Source: Auanema rhodensis
Lineage: Eukaryota > Animalia > Nematoda
Assembly: GCA_964057225.1 (NCBI GenBank)
Contig: OZ059898.1
Location: 4,898,001 to 4,962,000, forward strand
Direction of reading: 5' to 3'
Length of the DNA stretch: 64,000 bases
Of the stretch, positions 26,824 through 39,437 are shown in pieces. Position numbers and translations under genes: made by a program. The notes beneath the pieces are model-generated. The model did no database searches. It was not told the origin of the DNA and saw only the letters and a program-made list of their open reading frames with translations. Numbering within the stretch: the first letter of the stretch is position 1; every line of letters starts with the position of its first letter.

Positions 26824-29800
26824 CTATTTACAGTATATAGTAATTGCACCAGGATTATCAAAGGAATATCTGAAATAATGGTATTTTGCAATTGAAAATC
26901 ATCTGCAAACATACAAGTACTTATGTTTGGTCAAATAATCTATAACGCTATTTTTAATCGCACCACGACTGCCTTCTGAGTTTCCAGACCCTGTTATGAC
27001 TAAGAGTTTCTTAGTTTCATGAGCTTTTCGATTTTTATTAGAGCCTAAAAAACAGTTTCCTTTTTTTTGAGAAAATTCACTTACTATCACACATCCGCAG
27101 TTTATCCTTCAATGTTTCCAGGGCATCTTTAGTTGTCATCATATGGAAGTCCAACACTTTTGAATTTAGATTTGCGTCGCGAAGAATTTGATTTCCAGCT
27201 TCACGTAGTCTTTTCTCATCTCTTCCAAAATCACTGGCCTGCAAGATAACATAAAAAGAGTGAATATTAACAAGAATTACCATTTTAGAGTAATATATTG
27301 TACTATTTGATTTTGGACCGAGCTGTTTAACCTTGCTTAACTCTTGCTTTTTCTTCGCGGACAGAGTATCAGCTTGAGCAAATAAACGACATGCTTCTTC
27401 CCGAGCTTTGGAAAAAGCATTTGTTACAGAAGGCATTGTTTTAGGACGACAAGGAAGAATAGGCTAAAGTTATAATATTCAATTATTAAAGCAGATTTAT
27501 ATTACCCCTTTCTGAACGTTTAACTTGGGTGTGTTAGTATGGTAGTCTTCAAACTCTAAACTCAATATTGCACGGGTGTGCTCGGAATTCATACTTTAAA
27601 AAAATCTTGTTTTAATAAACATGAAATTACCAACTTGTTATCAATGAATAAATCGAAGAGTCGGTTCGAATCAACGCTTGGATAATCTTCAATCAATTTG
27701 AGATATTGCATTCTTTGGGCTATTGTAGATAATCTAGTGGGCTAAAAAGGAAGCAGTTCATTATTTTAAAAAAAATGTTGAACAAACTTTTTTTTCCCCT
27801 GAAAACTCAGATTCAAGCCTCATAGCATACTGTTCTTCAGAGTTATCGAATAACGAATTTTCTGAATTAAAGATTTGTGAAATCAAAAATAACCTCGCAA
27901 ACCTTCTATATCAATCTGACATTGCTTGTATAGAAACATTAGAAGAGATAAATGTATCGTCAAATAGTCCGGAACGTCAGAACCATCCCCCGTTCCTGCA
28001 AATACTGATTGACTTGAAAAAAAGGAACTGTGTTACCAAAAAGAATACTCAAAATCATTTTCAAGTCAGAAAGCTTAACTTGAATTTTTTTATCTTCGTT
28101 AACATCAATTTTTTCACTTTTATCTAAACAACAATCATTACTTTAAATTTTGAATAAGTGATTTCTACCTGATATATGGCTGTCATGTGGAGAGCTGTGA
28201 GTCTTAGAGCTAGCAATCTCGATCTTTAAAAATAAAAGAAAACTATATTTAAGAAAATATTATACCTTATTAACAACTGCATTATGATTTGAAGCCGCTC
28301 CCACCTCGTGGTACATCCTAACCAAATTATTCATTCCAGATCTCTCATAATAATGTTGTAGATCCTCAACCTGCTCTTCAGGGAAAAGAGCAACCAGTAT
28401 ATCAAAATTGTTAATATCAGGCATACGGCTACAAAAATAAAAATGTTTGTTGAAAGAAGATCAAAACTTTACACAGAATCACTAGCAGTGGGTGATGGTC
28501 TTTCAACTCTTTCGGGCTTACATCCATCTCGAATTTTGCGAACAGTGGTCTCAACATATGTAAACTCTGGATAATCACAGGGGATCCCAGCTTCATTCAA
28601 GGAAACTATAAAGGGTTTATAAAATTCGATTGATACAATAAAAATTACTCACTCATCACTTGACTAAATTGGGTTTGCACAGACCGTTGTTCAATAACCT
28701 TAAGAGGTGTTTCAACATGGTGCGAAAGGGACAAAAATCCTGAAATACAAATAAAACATCTGTAAAAATCAAAAGCAAAAGCAAAACCTTTCTCGTTGCT
28801 AATCGCTTTATAATCCTCGCACGGACTTGGTGATGTAGAAGCAGCTGTAAGTGTACAATATCTTATATACAATAATGCTGAGTATCATACGTAAAAGTTC
28901 CGTAGGTTCGAGAAGCCCAAAGAAAGTAGGGTCAGGTTCTGTATCGAAACCAGGAGGAGGTAGGAGTGGAAAAGATGAACCCAATCCAGGAGAAGACATA
29001 TTCGACCCCATATTACCTCCGACTGAGGAAAACTGCGATTCATTCGAAGTATGATTATCTTCCTGCTCAAGTCTGGAAGGAAAATTTGATTAGATTTGCA
29101 TATACACATTAAAAAAAACCTGATAGGAGTAGTCTTGCCCACAAGTGTCTGTAAATCAACTTTACCTTCCAACTCCATAAGCTCAAGTTTCTGCTTAATG
29201 CTGTTTTTAGAAATACCATGAATATTTTTCCTGCATGGTAAATAAAAAAAGGGATATAAAACAAATACATACTCAGCACAAATCGCCGGCTTATACTTCC
29301 ATGCTGTCTCAGGTTCTAAAACATAAATCTCATAAAAATTCTTCACTGCCTAAATGAGAAATTAAGATAGAATAAACGCTTGGGCAACTACATGATAAAC
29401 ATAAGGCTTCATATGTTCAATAAGTAAATTAGTGTTATCAACAATTATCAACTTTCTGTGATTTTGCATAGCATCCCGAACTAAAAAGTTAGTCATTTTC
29501 AAGTAAAATCTGGTTTCACAACCTTTTCCAATATTTTTTTTATGATACTCATCCAATAAGTTAGGATCAAACCTATATTCTCCGTTTTTATCATAGAAAT
29601 AATCATCAGTACTGCAAATAACACAGTCGGACGAAATATCTCTCAAATATCTTAAATTAAATCATCATATGTGTTCAACATCTCTATAAACCTGGCAGTT
29701 TCCGATTTTCCAGAACCAGGAATTCCTCGCAACAGAATCATTACAGAATGGCCCTCAAAGATGCATTGTATTATTTCAGAAGAAGTCGCAGTGACATCTC

Positions 29801-29828
29801 TGCATTGAAGATGTTCAACCTTATGCAT
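26824..29828 (-). CDS. nonu-1: N4BP2-like Smr endonuclease (P-loop kinase + CUE + Smr), nonstop/no-go mRNA decay factor
   Basis: N-terminal ILLRGIPGSGKS, CSTDDYF and IIVDNTN (AAA_33 kinase). CUE-like segments LVALFPEE and YPSVDSNRLFDLFIDNN. C-terminal LDFHMMTTKDAL...LLVITGSGNSEGSRGAIK...NPGAI (Smr domain). Confidence 0.85.
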
Positions 29829-30323
29829 AGAACTAGGTTATCCAGAAACTTTTATTATCTTTAATATTAAAAATTTAAAACGTAAATAAAAAAACACTAA
29901 AATATTATTCTAAAACTTTAAGAAAAGACATCAATGCAAAAGAAAACATCATATTCCAGCTTGTCACGTGCATAACATTTTTTGAATAATAGCCAATATA
30001 TTTGAGTCTGTTCATTATTTAGCCTAATGAGTTTCAAGGAATGCCTGAAGTGGACACATAAATCTGGAGGTGTCTGTACTCTCTGTACTATAGTGTAAGA
30101 AACAGACAGTTAGAGAGTACCAAGCATTCTTTTCATGACCAAGGAGAGTGTGTGGTAATAATAGAGGGGGAAAAGAGAGAAAGAAAATTTTGAATGCTTT
30201 ATTTAAGAAGCTAGTTCCTATGCTAGTGTATTCTAACATTATGCTATTTAAACATATTATTTATATTGATCATTTGTTCTTATACTATATTTCATTCAAT
30301 GAAGCTATTACAGCTATTCAGTT

Positions 30324-31403
30324 ATGGATGACAATGGTAAAGACGTTGTTATGAGGTTAAGGCAAGTAACAGAAGAACTTCAGCAGGTTTTTATTCTATC
30401 AAGAAATTTATATCATTTTTTTCAAGGTAGAGGCAGGTACTCATGTTGAATTATTAGCTCAATTAGCAGAGTTACATAACAGGCAAATGAAGGAAAAAGA
30501 GCTTGTAGCAATAGATTATGAGGTTTGTTTTATGATATTGCTTTTCAATAAATGATGCTATTAAGCTTTCAAAAAAAAGAATTGAGGATAATTATCAACA
30601 AAGATTAGAACAAAGTCAAGAAATTCTAGCAAATCGTCTTAGAGATACTAGAGATGAATTATTAAGAGTAAGTGCTATTACTTGGGTTCTGTACTGTTCT
30701 CTTTATTAGGAAATTGAAGATACCGAGAGGCAAATCGAATTAGAATTCAATACATCAGATATCGCAAAAGTTACCCCATGTCTCTTGGAAACAAGTAAAA
30801 AAACCTTACGAGGGTTTGTTGATTAATCTAATATACGTATACTCAATGATAAATATGCAGAAGAGGTGGTGGCATACTTATTGAGCCACCAACATATTTT
30901 AATGCAACACCTAAACCTCCTACTCCACACGCTGTACCACAAACTACTTACCTATTATCTGATGCCGAGATACAAGCAGATATAAGAGCTATAAGCATGG
31001 CAACTAATCAACGGAGCCCACAAAAGGTTTTACTCTTTTTGCGCAAATATTGCAATTATTCTTAGCTTCAGCAATCAAAGATGTATGACGTTACTATCAG
31101 TAAACAGCGGCTGCACTATGATGGGAAATTGTATGTGTTATTTTCTGCTATTACCTTATTCACTTTTATTCAGCTTTAAACTAAGCGAAGAAGTAATCGT
31201 TGAAAATACGGAATATGGCAAATTTCCCGCAAGAATAGATGTGATTACCGAGACTGTAGTTTCTTTTAAGGTAATAGTATTATAAATAAATTAGTTAATT
31301 TATTATATAGGCTACTATGTCTTGGGATACTAGACAGGTTTATGCATCATCTTCTGATCTTATAGAAGGACGTGTTTTAATTTCTAAGAAACGGAGCAAT
31401 TGA
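30324..31403 (+). CDS. suds-3: Sds3/BRMS1-family Sin3-HDAC complex subunit
   Basis: Spliced protein: N-terminal coiled coil (LQQVEAGTHVE...RDELLREIE), KKTLRGR, TYLLSDAEIQADIRAI, and the C-terminal beta domain LHYDGKFFKLSEEVIVE...SSDLIEGRV typical of SUDS3. Confidence 0.75.
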
Positions 31404-31570
31404 ATCTAAAATTTGATAAGTTTTATTGCAAATATTCCTATTTTCATATTTCAGTCACTTATAAAGTCTTTCAACTTGTTTCTTTTTATCGATTACCCGT
31501 ATTAGATTAAAATAAAACAAATATCCTATCATTCTAAACTTAAATTCTATTTTAATTTAAAGTTCTATTT

Positions 31571-32582
31571 CTAATTTCTCTGTTGATCTGGGGCGATCCA
31601 GAAAGAAAGCTTCAAAACGCTTTCATATGCTCCAAAATAAACGAATCCTCCTATTGAGATCCATAATACTCTAGGAGTAATACCAGCATATAGTCCATGC
31701 ATTCCTCCAGTTGAATATACCTAGAATAAAATTATAAAAATTACTAATATAAGAGTAACCAAACCTCTTTAAGTGTAGAGAGTACTGTTGGCGTAATCTT
31801 TGTTTTTGACAACATTATCCTAGTTTTAGCTACATCAAGAGGAGTTGTTACCGCAGCAGAAATAGCTCCAGCCACACTACCACAAGCCGCTCCCCAGATG
31901 GGAGAACATTTTCCATCCTATATTTCGTTTATAAGACAAAAATTTACAAGAACATACCTTATTTTTTGAAGCTTTTTGTTTGAGAAATTCCCATAAAGGA
32001 TACTGTATCACAGCAAAGGGAATTTCTCGGGCTATTGTACTAGAAAAACCACGGTAAAAACCAGGGAATCCATTTTGTTTGAAAATTTCTTTGCTTATAT
32101 TTGAAAGCTTCTGATTTCTCATGGCCTAATTTAAAAAATTCAGCTTACGACTTAATTCTAATATCTACCTGAGCTCTTTGTTTAATTAACTCAGTTGGTA
32201 CACGGATTAAGCAAGCTATGATTTCTCCTATACTGGCAGATGCAGCATGGCTTACAACATCTGAAAATTCGAAAATAGATAATTTTTTTCAATCTCCAGA
32301 ACTATTATGAACAAATTGTTTCTTGCAATATTCATAAGAAAGGAAAAAAAGTGCGGCCCCAGGCGCAGAGCCAATAGCTACTGATCCCATTCCACTAGAA
32401 AAAAAAAGTAAATATATCAAATAAAAATATTACCTATATATTCTTGATAAACCTCCGGATGCCCTAAAACCTTCTTTGCTTTGAATCCTAGTTTTAATAG
32501 TATCTAATGGATATAAGCCTAAATCTACAGCTAGTCCAGCGCTTGCGCCACATAGGGTCCATCTCAGAGCATTGTCACCCAT
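31571..32582 (-). CDS. slc-25A26: Mitochondrial S-adenosylmethionine carrier (SLC25A26)
   Basis: Three carrier repeats: [25 protein letters not shown] and [13 protein letters not shown]. Also [24 protein letters not shown] and [18 protein letters not shown]. Confidence 0.92.
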
Positions 32583-32883
32583 ACTTAAAACAAAAGTCTA
32601 AAAATAGCAAATGTATTATTTACATTTCAGCAACAATGTTTTTTGTATCACATATAATAACTAAGATTTATGTGAAATGATTGAATATATTAATTGCTGA
32701 AGCTGAAGTATACTTATAATTTTAGAAAGCTGTTCATTGCGTACATTTTTTATACAGTACCAGGAGAATCGCGAATTTGTCGTTTTACAAATTAGTTGTA
32801 AGGTGTGTGCAAAATCGTTTCAATAATTTGTTTCGAAGCTATTCAAAAAAAAATTCAAATTCTAAACGTCTTATTTGAATCAA

Positions 32884-34264
32884 ATGAAATCGATTCCTAT
32901 TGTTGAAAATGGTAAACCTTGGCTGGATATTTTTAAAAATTATATTCTTTTAAACAAACCCACGGTTTTCAAAGGATACACTGAATCCTGGCCTGCTTTG
33001 AAAGATTTTGTTACGGCAGAGGGAGATGCAAATTTCGATTACTTAATCTCTAGATATGGTAAACCATATTCATATATAAAATTTCGTGGCATATTGCTTC
33101 AGGTGACGCTAAATGTCCAGTTGTTAATGTGGAAACAGGAAATAGTACTACAATGTCTTTGCTAAATTATGTGAACCTTATTAAAACTGAGGATAAGCAT
33201 ACGCTCTACTTGAAGGATTGGCATTTTCAACAAGAGTTTGTGTTTTGCCCATTAATTTCAAATTGAGTAATATTAAAGATTTGGCGTAGAATGTTACAAA
33301 CTCCCCCCATTTCTCAAGACCGATTGGGCTAATAACGAAAGATGGACGAATGAGGCAGATAACCCATTCCGAGGCGATTATCGTTTCATGTATTTTGGTT
33401 GGAAGGATACCTGGTTTGTTTTATGATTATTATATTAGTGAACGATATATTAGTTTTTTAGGACTCCTTTTCATTCTGATGTGATGTCTTCTCATAGTTG
33501 GTCAGCTAACATATGTGGTCGAAAATTGTGGTATTTCGTTCCAATTGGAAAAGAAGCGGTATTTCGGTCCGGTAAAGATTATATTAAGGATATAAGACAG
33601 CGTAGAGATTTATGGGAAGAAGTAAGTTATGCATAGCTTTTTTGAAAACGTTCATGATCTAAGGCTGGTGTCGTGGAAATTATTCAAAATCCCGGAGAAA
33701 TAGTTTTTGTTCCTTCTAATTGGTATCATCAAGTGCATAACATAGTAAGAAACTGTAATATTTCTGAAAAATATTGTATTTAGGACACATCAATATCTTT
33801 GAATCATAATTCTATTAACTCTTCAAACGTTTATCATCTGTATGATTTCTTATTAAATCGACTTGAAGATGTTAAAAAAGAGTTAATAGATCTGAGATCA
33901 TTCTTAGATGAACAACAAGTAAAAGTTGAAATACAGGTCTCAATTCATGGAATTTAAATTGTTCCAAATGATCTATCTTCAGAACTTGTTAGCTGCTGAC
34001 ACAGGAATGAATTTCATTCGTTTTCGTGAATTGTTAAATGAAATCGTGGCAAGTAGATCTGAACCACGAGCAGCATCTTGTTTCATATGTTCCTTACATG
34101 AGGATTTACGAAACTGTCTGAGTAGTCGTGAATGCATGGAACGATTTAGCTGCGCTTGCTCTTGTATCGATGATACTTGTCCCGAATGTTTATCATTATT
34201 ATGGTCATATGAATTATCCACTTCAATACAGTTACTTTCTATGTTGGATGAACTATCTTTCTGA
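32884..34264 (+). CDS. jmjd-4: JmjC-domain 2-oxoglutarate hydroxylase JMJD4
   Basis: LYLKDWHF, DYRFMYFG...WTPFHSDVMSSHSWSANICGRKLW and FVPSNWYHQVHN...SLNHN, with an intact HxD...H iron triad. Confidence 0.9.
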
Positions 34265-34281
34265 TGTCACAACATAAAACT

Positions 34282-35125
34282 TTATTTTGACAGTCGTTTC
34301 AAGCGGAAAACACAAGCTCTTGTGATCGCATCTACATAAACAAGGGATGCAGCAAAATGGTTATATACAGCGTTTAAAAGTTTCAGTCTTCTTGAATTAC
34401 AGTTGCTTTCAGCTAAATAAATTTCAGTGTCTAAATTGGACATCATAAGAAGAGTAGTTTCTATAGGCTCATCCAACTCCATGTCTTGTGTAACATCAGT
34501 GCCAATTATAACTTCTGGCTGAATATGATCAAAAGGTTTCCCAAAGTGCAATGATTGAACTGAAGCTTTTTCTCTTTCCTCAACGGTAAGGTTTATTCTA
34601 AGATTTTCCTTTATTACATCTAGGTCATAAGTCTGTAAATACATTTTAGAAGTAAGAAAGGAAAATTCTTCAAATTGCCAATGTATTAAATTTTAAATTA
34701 AGAATTCACCTGATCTGTCACTATTACTGATTTCGCATTGTTTTTACAAGCTACCATAGACGAAAACCCAACTCCTGCTCCGAGTTCCAATATAGTTTTG
34801 TTTTCAAAAATCTTTTGATCCATAGCATATCGGCACAACACGAAAGCCTGAACAAGCAAGTTGAAGTTAACAACTTGCAGTACTTACAGCTTGCCAAGTT
34901 GTTATATTTGGCTTATGAATATTTCTTGGGTGAAGTAGATTCAAATTTATATCATTAATACATACAAGAGTTTCTTCCAAATCTAGCCCAGTGAGTGGCT
35001 CCTTTAAAACTTGTTACTATTATAAATCAAGCAATGTGACTTACTAGTTTTACTCTAGTAGGAATGAAATCGTTTCCCATATAATATTGGAAACTGTTGA
35101 GATAGTCGTCCGTAATATTGTCCAT
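34282..35125 (-). CDS. Methyltransf_16 (METTL21/METTL23-like) protein methyltransferase
   Basis: TWQAAFVLCRY, KTILELGAGVGFSSM, VIVTDQ, IKENLRIN and IIGTDVT motifs across 4 exons. Confidence 0.85.
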
Positions 35126-35252
35126 TGTTAATTAATTTGGTTTAAATAAAATAATTATTGTGTAATCTCTATGCCTAAACGGTTGATTCCGCAAAGTAAC
35201 TTATGAACCTATAAATAATTGTGTTACTAAAATCTTTGTTTAGAATAACAAT

Positions 35253-35773
35253 ATGACAAATAATATCACCGATGCGGATTTAGAAAGTATACAAACTGCG
35301 AATATAACTACATAGATGTTGTATTTCAGAAATATGGACCAATGTTGTAGACCAAAAAAATGTACCACCAACTTTGGATAACAAATATGATCCTGATGCT
35401 ATTGATAGTATCACTTACATATTTAAAAGATGCTATCAAGCAAGGTTCGCTTTGCCAATTGAGTTATCATCTTTTTCGGACGAGGTTGGAAAATAACAAC
35501 ATTACATACTTTATAACATACGAAAACAATTTACAGCTCAGACTCAGAATGAAGACACTAGTCGAGAAGAGCAATTTAAAGCCGGTTGGTCCAATATACT
35601 GGTCGGTGGATATTGTTGCCGGGAGTACATACATACAGGAGAGTCTTCAAGTTTTAATCACAATTGAGATCGGAGGTCAAAAATATCAATTCGATTTGGA
35701 GCAATTTTCCAAACTTCGAAAAAAGTTATCTGATACGATGATTACTTTTGGAGAAAATGATCAATATCATTGA
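35253..35773 (+). CDS. COMM-domain (COMMD) protein, most like COMMD5
   Basis: Three exons. The C-terminus IYWSVDIVAGSTYIQESLQVLITIEIGGQKYQFDLEQFSKLRKKLSD fits the COMM domain pattern (WxVD..S....L.P.....l......Fe....F..Lr..l). Confidence 0.6.
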
Positions 35774-36050
35774 GTGATCATGCTGTTCAGTTCATACTAT
35801 AAATCGATGTTAATTGTTTTAATTGTTTAATTTCAACCTAGACAATAAATCTATGGCAATCGTCAGTAATAACATAAAACATCATACCCGCAGAATGAGA
35901 ACAAAGCATAAATGGATTTCAGTTATAGTTATAAATTATAATTCAAATTACACCTAATTCAGGCTAAGTGATAATAACATGAGAAATCTAATAATTCTGA
36001 GTATGAAAGTTAAAAACCCGTTGGTAAATATTGATAGCATTGAAATACAG

Positions 36051-38652
36051 TTAAGAATTTTCAGGATTATCTACACTAGATAAAACATTATCAGATCTTA
36101 CATTAGCATCGTCGTATAAACCACGAGATCTAGCTATAAGCTGCCAATTTGAATCTGAAAGAAATTCTGTACCGCTGGAATATAAACGAGACGTACTTAG
36201 CGGATCAGAGTCAAAACCAGCTTTAATCGCAGCAATTCTAGTTCTTTCCCACATACACCCCGCACTGATTCGAGATTCAGGCTCATGAGCCCACATTTCA
36301 TGAACAGATCGAGCTATTTCAGCGGTAATCTTGAAAAGCCAAAATATAAAATTAATGATTAAATGTTACCGGATTTCTATATAAGTCATTTCTAACTGCT
36401 GGACGGAACTTCTTATGTACAATTAGGTCTCGAAGATCCCCCAAAGCAGGTTGAACGCCCAAATCTTTTTCATAAGCGAGCCAAAATCTATCTTCACAAA
36501 TGAAATCGTCTGTATTGGTTCTTGATAAAATTTCCCATATAACCTATGTATACATATTAAAAAAGGTGCTTAGGTAGCCCATTATGTCTTACCAAGGCTA
36601 ATGCATAAACATCAATCTTCCGGTATGCTGAAACTGTAAATTCGGTTGCCCCTTCTAACAGTTCAGGAGCCATGTATCGACGAGTTCCAACCTAAAACAT
36701 TTGTTAACAGGTTTTGTTGCTTTATACATACTTGACCACGACCACTTTCAGTGATATCGGAAGAAGAGCAGATAACAGAAAATCCGAAATCACTTATAAT
36801 GGATTGTAATCTTCCATTCACTTCCTTTAAAAGAATATTACTGCTTTTTATGTCACGATGAACAATGGTCGGTTTATATTCTCCATTCTTTAAGCATTCC
36901 TCATGCATATAAGTACATGCATCAAGAGCCGATGTAATCAAGTAATAGCATTGGTCGAGAGAAAGAGTATTTTCCTAAATAATATAATTAATTATGAAGA
37001 AAGGTGAACTAATACCTGAAGATAATCTTTCAGACTACCTAGTGGCAAATATTCAGTAACCATGAAAAGCTCACTCTCTCGGATATCATAGTTCAAGAAC
37101 TTCAATATTCCTTCATGTGGAAACTGAAAAAAAAAACTTCATGACCGTATTTTAACGAGATCACAAACCTGGAAACGGAATTGTAAGCATTGCTTTTCGT
37201 TGATAAAACTCTCTGCAGCACTAATGTTAACAACTTTTACAGCAACTTCAATTCTTTCAATTCCACTTGTTAGTGTTCCTTTAAAAACGTTTCCAAATGA
37301 CCCTTTGCCTATTTGCTGAAAGTACAGAGATGTATTATAGAACGAGTATTCAGATTAACTTCATGAACTGCCAAATCCAAATTCTCGTCTTTCTTTAATG
37401 ATGCTATGGCTTCAGCCACAGAATCACGCGATGTACGCTTCCTCATCACTAGTTGTTCTGCATCAGGAGTTCTGACTTCTCGCTTCTTAAATTTAATAAG
37501 AAAAAGCTTTAATGATATTCAATACCTTTTGTTTTATAAGATGTCGTACACCTACTACAGCTAATATCAGAACTGCTGTAACAATAAGCGCAGCTATAAC
37601 TAGGATAACTATACGTCCAATCAAATATTCTATAAAACCAGCAAAATGGTATATCAAACTAACTAACACACAACAGACCTTTTGCTTTCTCAGCCCGGGA
37701 GGGTTCCTTTGGAACATACTCTATTTCAACTTCTTTATTACAAAATTCCGTGGTACAGCAACAGAAGGATATTCCAGATTCTGGTTCTCCTTCTTGTACC
37801 TTCACTACACACTGAAAAAAAGCAAGTGAGAACTGAAACTAAAACAATTTCACCTTTTCTCGTTCGCACTCTGTAAAAGAATAAATATCTTGATGCCAGC
37901 ACCCTTGCGATGTGAAGTGAAACTTATTCTAAAACATACTATATTAAACAGCTGATATTATCAACAAACAAACTTTTTCTGTTGGGATGGCTTCAATTAT
38001 AGAGAAACAACTAACTCTATAAAACCCCGACTTTTCTGGAAGACTGCATTGGATAACTTGAATATCGTCTCCAGCAGAAGCATTGCGATACTGAACAATA
38101 TAAAGAGTTTTATGATAGTGAGAGGAAACTCACTCCACATGAAATAGGACCTTTTCCATTGGTACCTTCAAAGAACTTATTATGAATTTTTAAAGCAGAA
38201 TCGGGCATGAAACCTGTATAAACTAAAACAAAAAATACCATAAAGAAAATTTGCCAAAGAACTTACTTGAACTAAAGTTTAATATTTCTTATACCGAACC
38301 TGGATAAACAGCCTCTGCAATATTTAGAAAAATATAATAAAATAATAATAAATACAATACCCATCTCTTCTATGGTTAGTTTAGCATCTTCATCAATTTG
38401 AATATTTGCTAAAGTATATAAATTGTTTTATAATATTAATAAAGTAAATGTTACCGCTTGGCCTACTTTTCCAGTCATCATTCTCGGATCCTTTCAGTAT
38501 TACTCTTTTATTTTCGACTAAGGAACAAAAAAGGTTATAATTTTTTTTTTGAAAGTACCTGGATTATCATTAGAATCATCACCAAAAGAAGTTTGAGTTA
38601 GAGTAACTAGAAAAATGCTAAAGCTGAAAAATAGGCTTTTCCAGCCTATCAT
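36051..38652 (-). CDS. daf-4: TGF-beta/BMP type II receptor Ser/Thr kinase
   Basis: Signal peptide, Cys box [11 protein letters not shown] helix and no GS domain. The kinase has [46 protein letters not shown] and [15 protein letters not shown], which resemble DAF-4. Confidence 0.88.
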
Positions 38653-39437
38653 TCCTAAACAATAGCTACGAGTTAGAACAAATAGACAACTTGATATTAA
38701 TATAAACAGAATATAATTGAAAGACGAAATAAAGAGCACAAATAAAAAAATGACTGGAAAAGATCAACACTGTTATAATGCCCAACCACAAAGTACAGGA
38801 GTATGTATCTAACAGTATAAAACCGATATATGGTGTGATTTAAAAATACAAACCAAAAAACATGATCTTTGAGAATATTGACCAAGAATTAGAAAAACCA
38901 AATTACAAGACGTAAGCAATAAAAATTTTGCCAATATTATATAGACAACACAGCTTATAATTAAATCAAATTTAAAAAAAATCAAAACCTACATAAAGAA
39001 GAAATTGAAGAATTAAAGAGCTTGAGTGAGCAGAAAATAAACTTTTAACGAAAAGTTTTCAGTGGTTAAATGAAATATTCGTTCTCGAAAAAATCAATAT
39101 TAGTAGAAAATAATTAAAAATTTCAGAACAAGTAGTTTTCTTCACGAAGCAATGCGGCGTTTATTACCATAACGGTAAAAGCATGGGATCTCTCCTCATG
39201 TGAACAATACAGCGACGCGGTTGCGAGGCGGTAGTACATCAACCTAAAACAACTAATTACGGGACTAATAGCCATGCATCTGACATTGATAGGTAAGGTA
39301 TTAACCTATATTCTAATAACGGAAAGGACGGCCTGTCATATTTTATGAAAATAAAAAGAACATGAAATAAAAACAATTAGAAAGTTTTCAAAATATACAG
39401 ATAAAAATTCAGAGATTATCAGAGTTGTACCAAAAAT

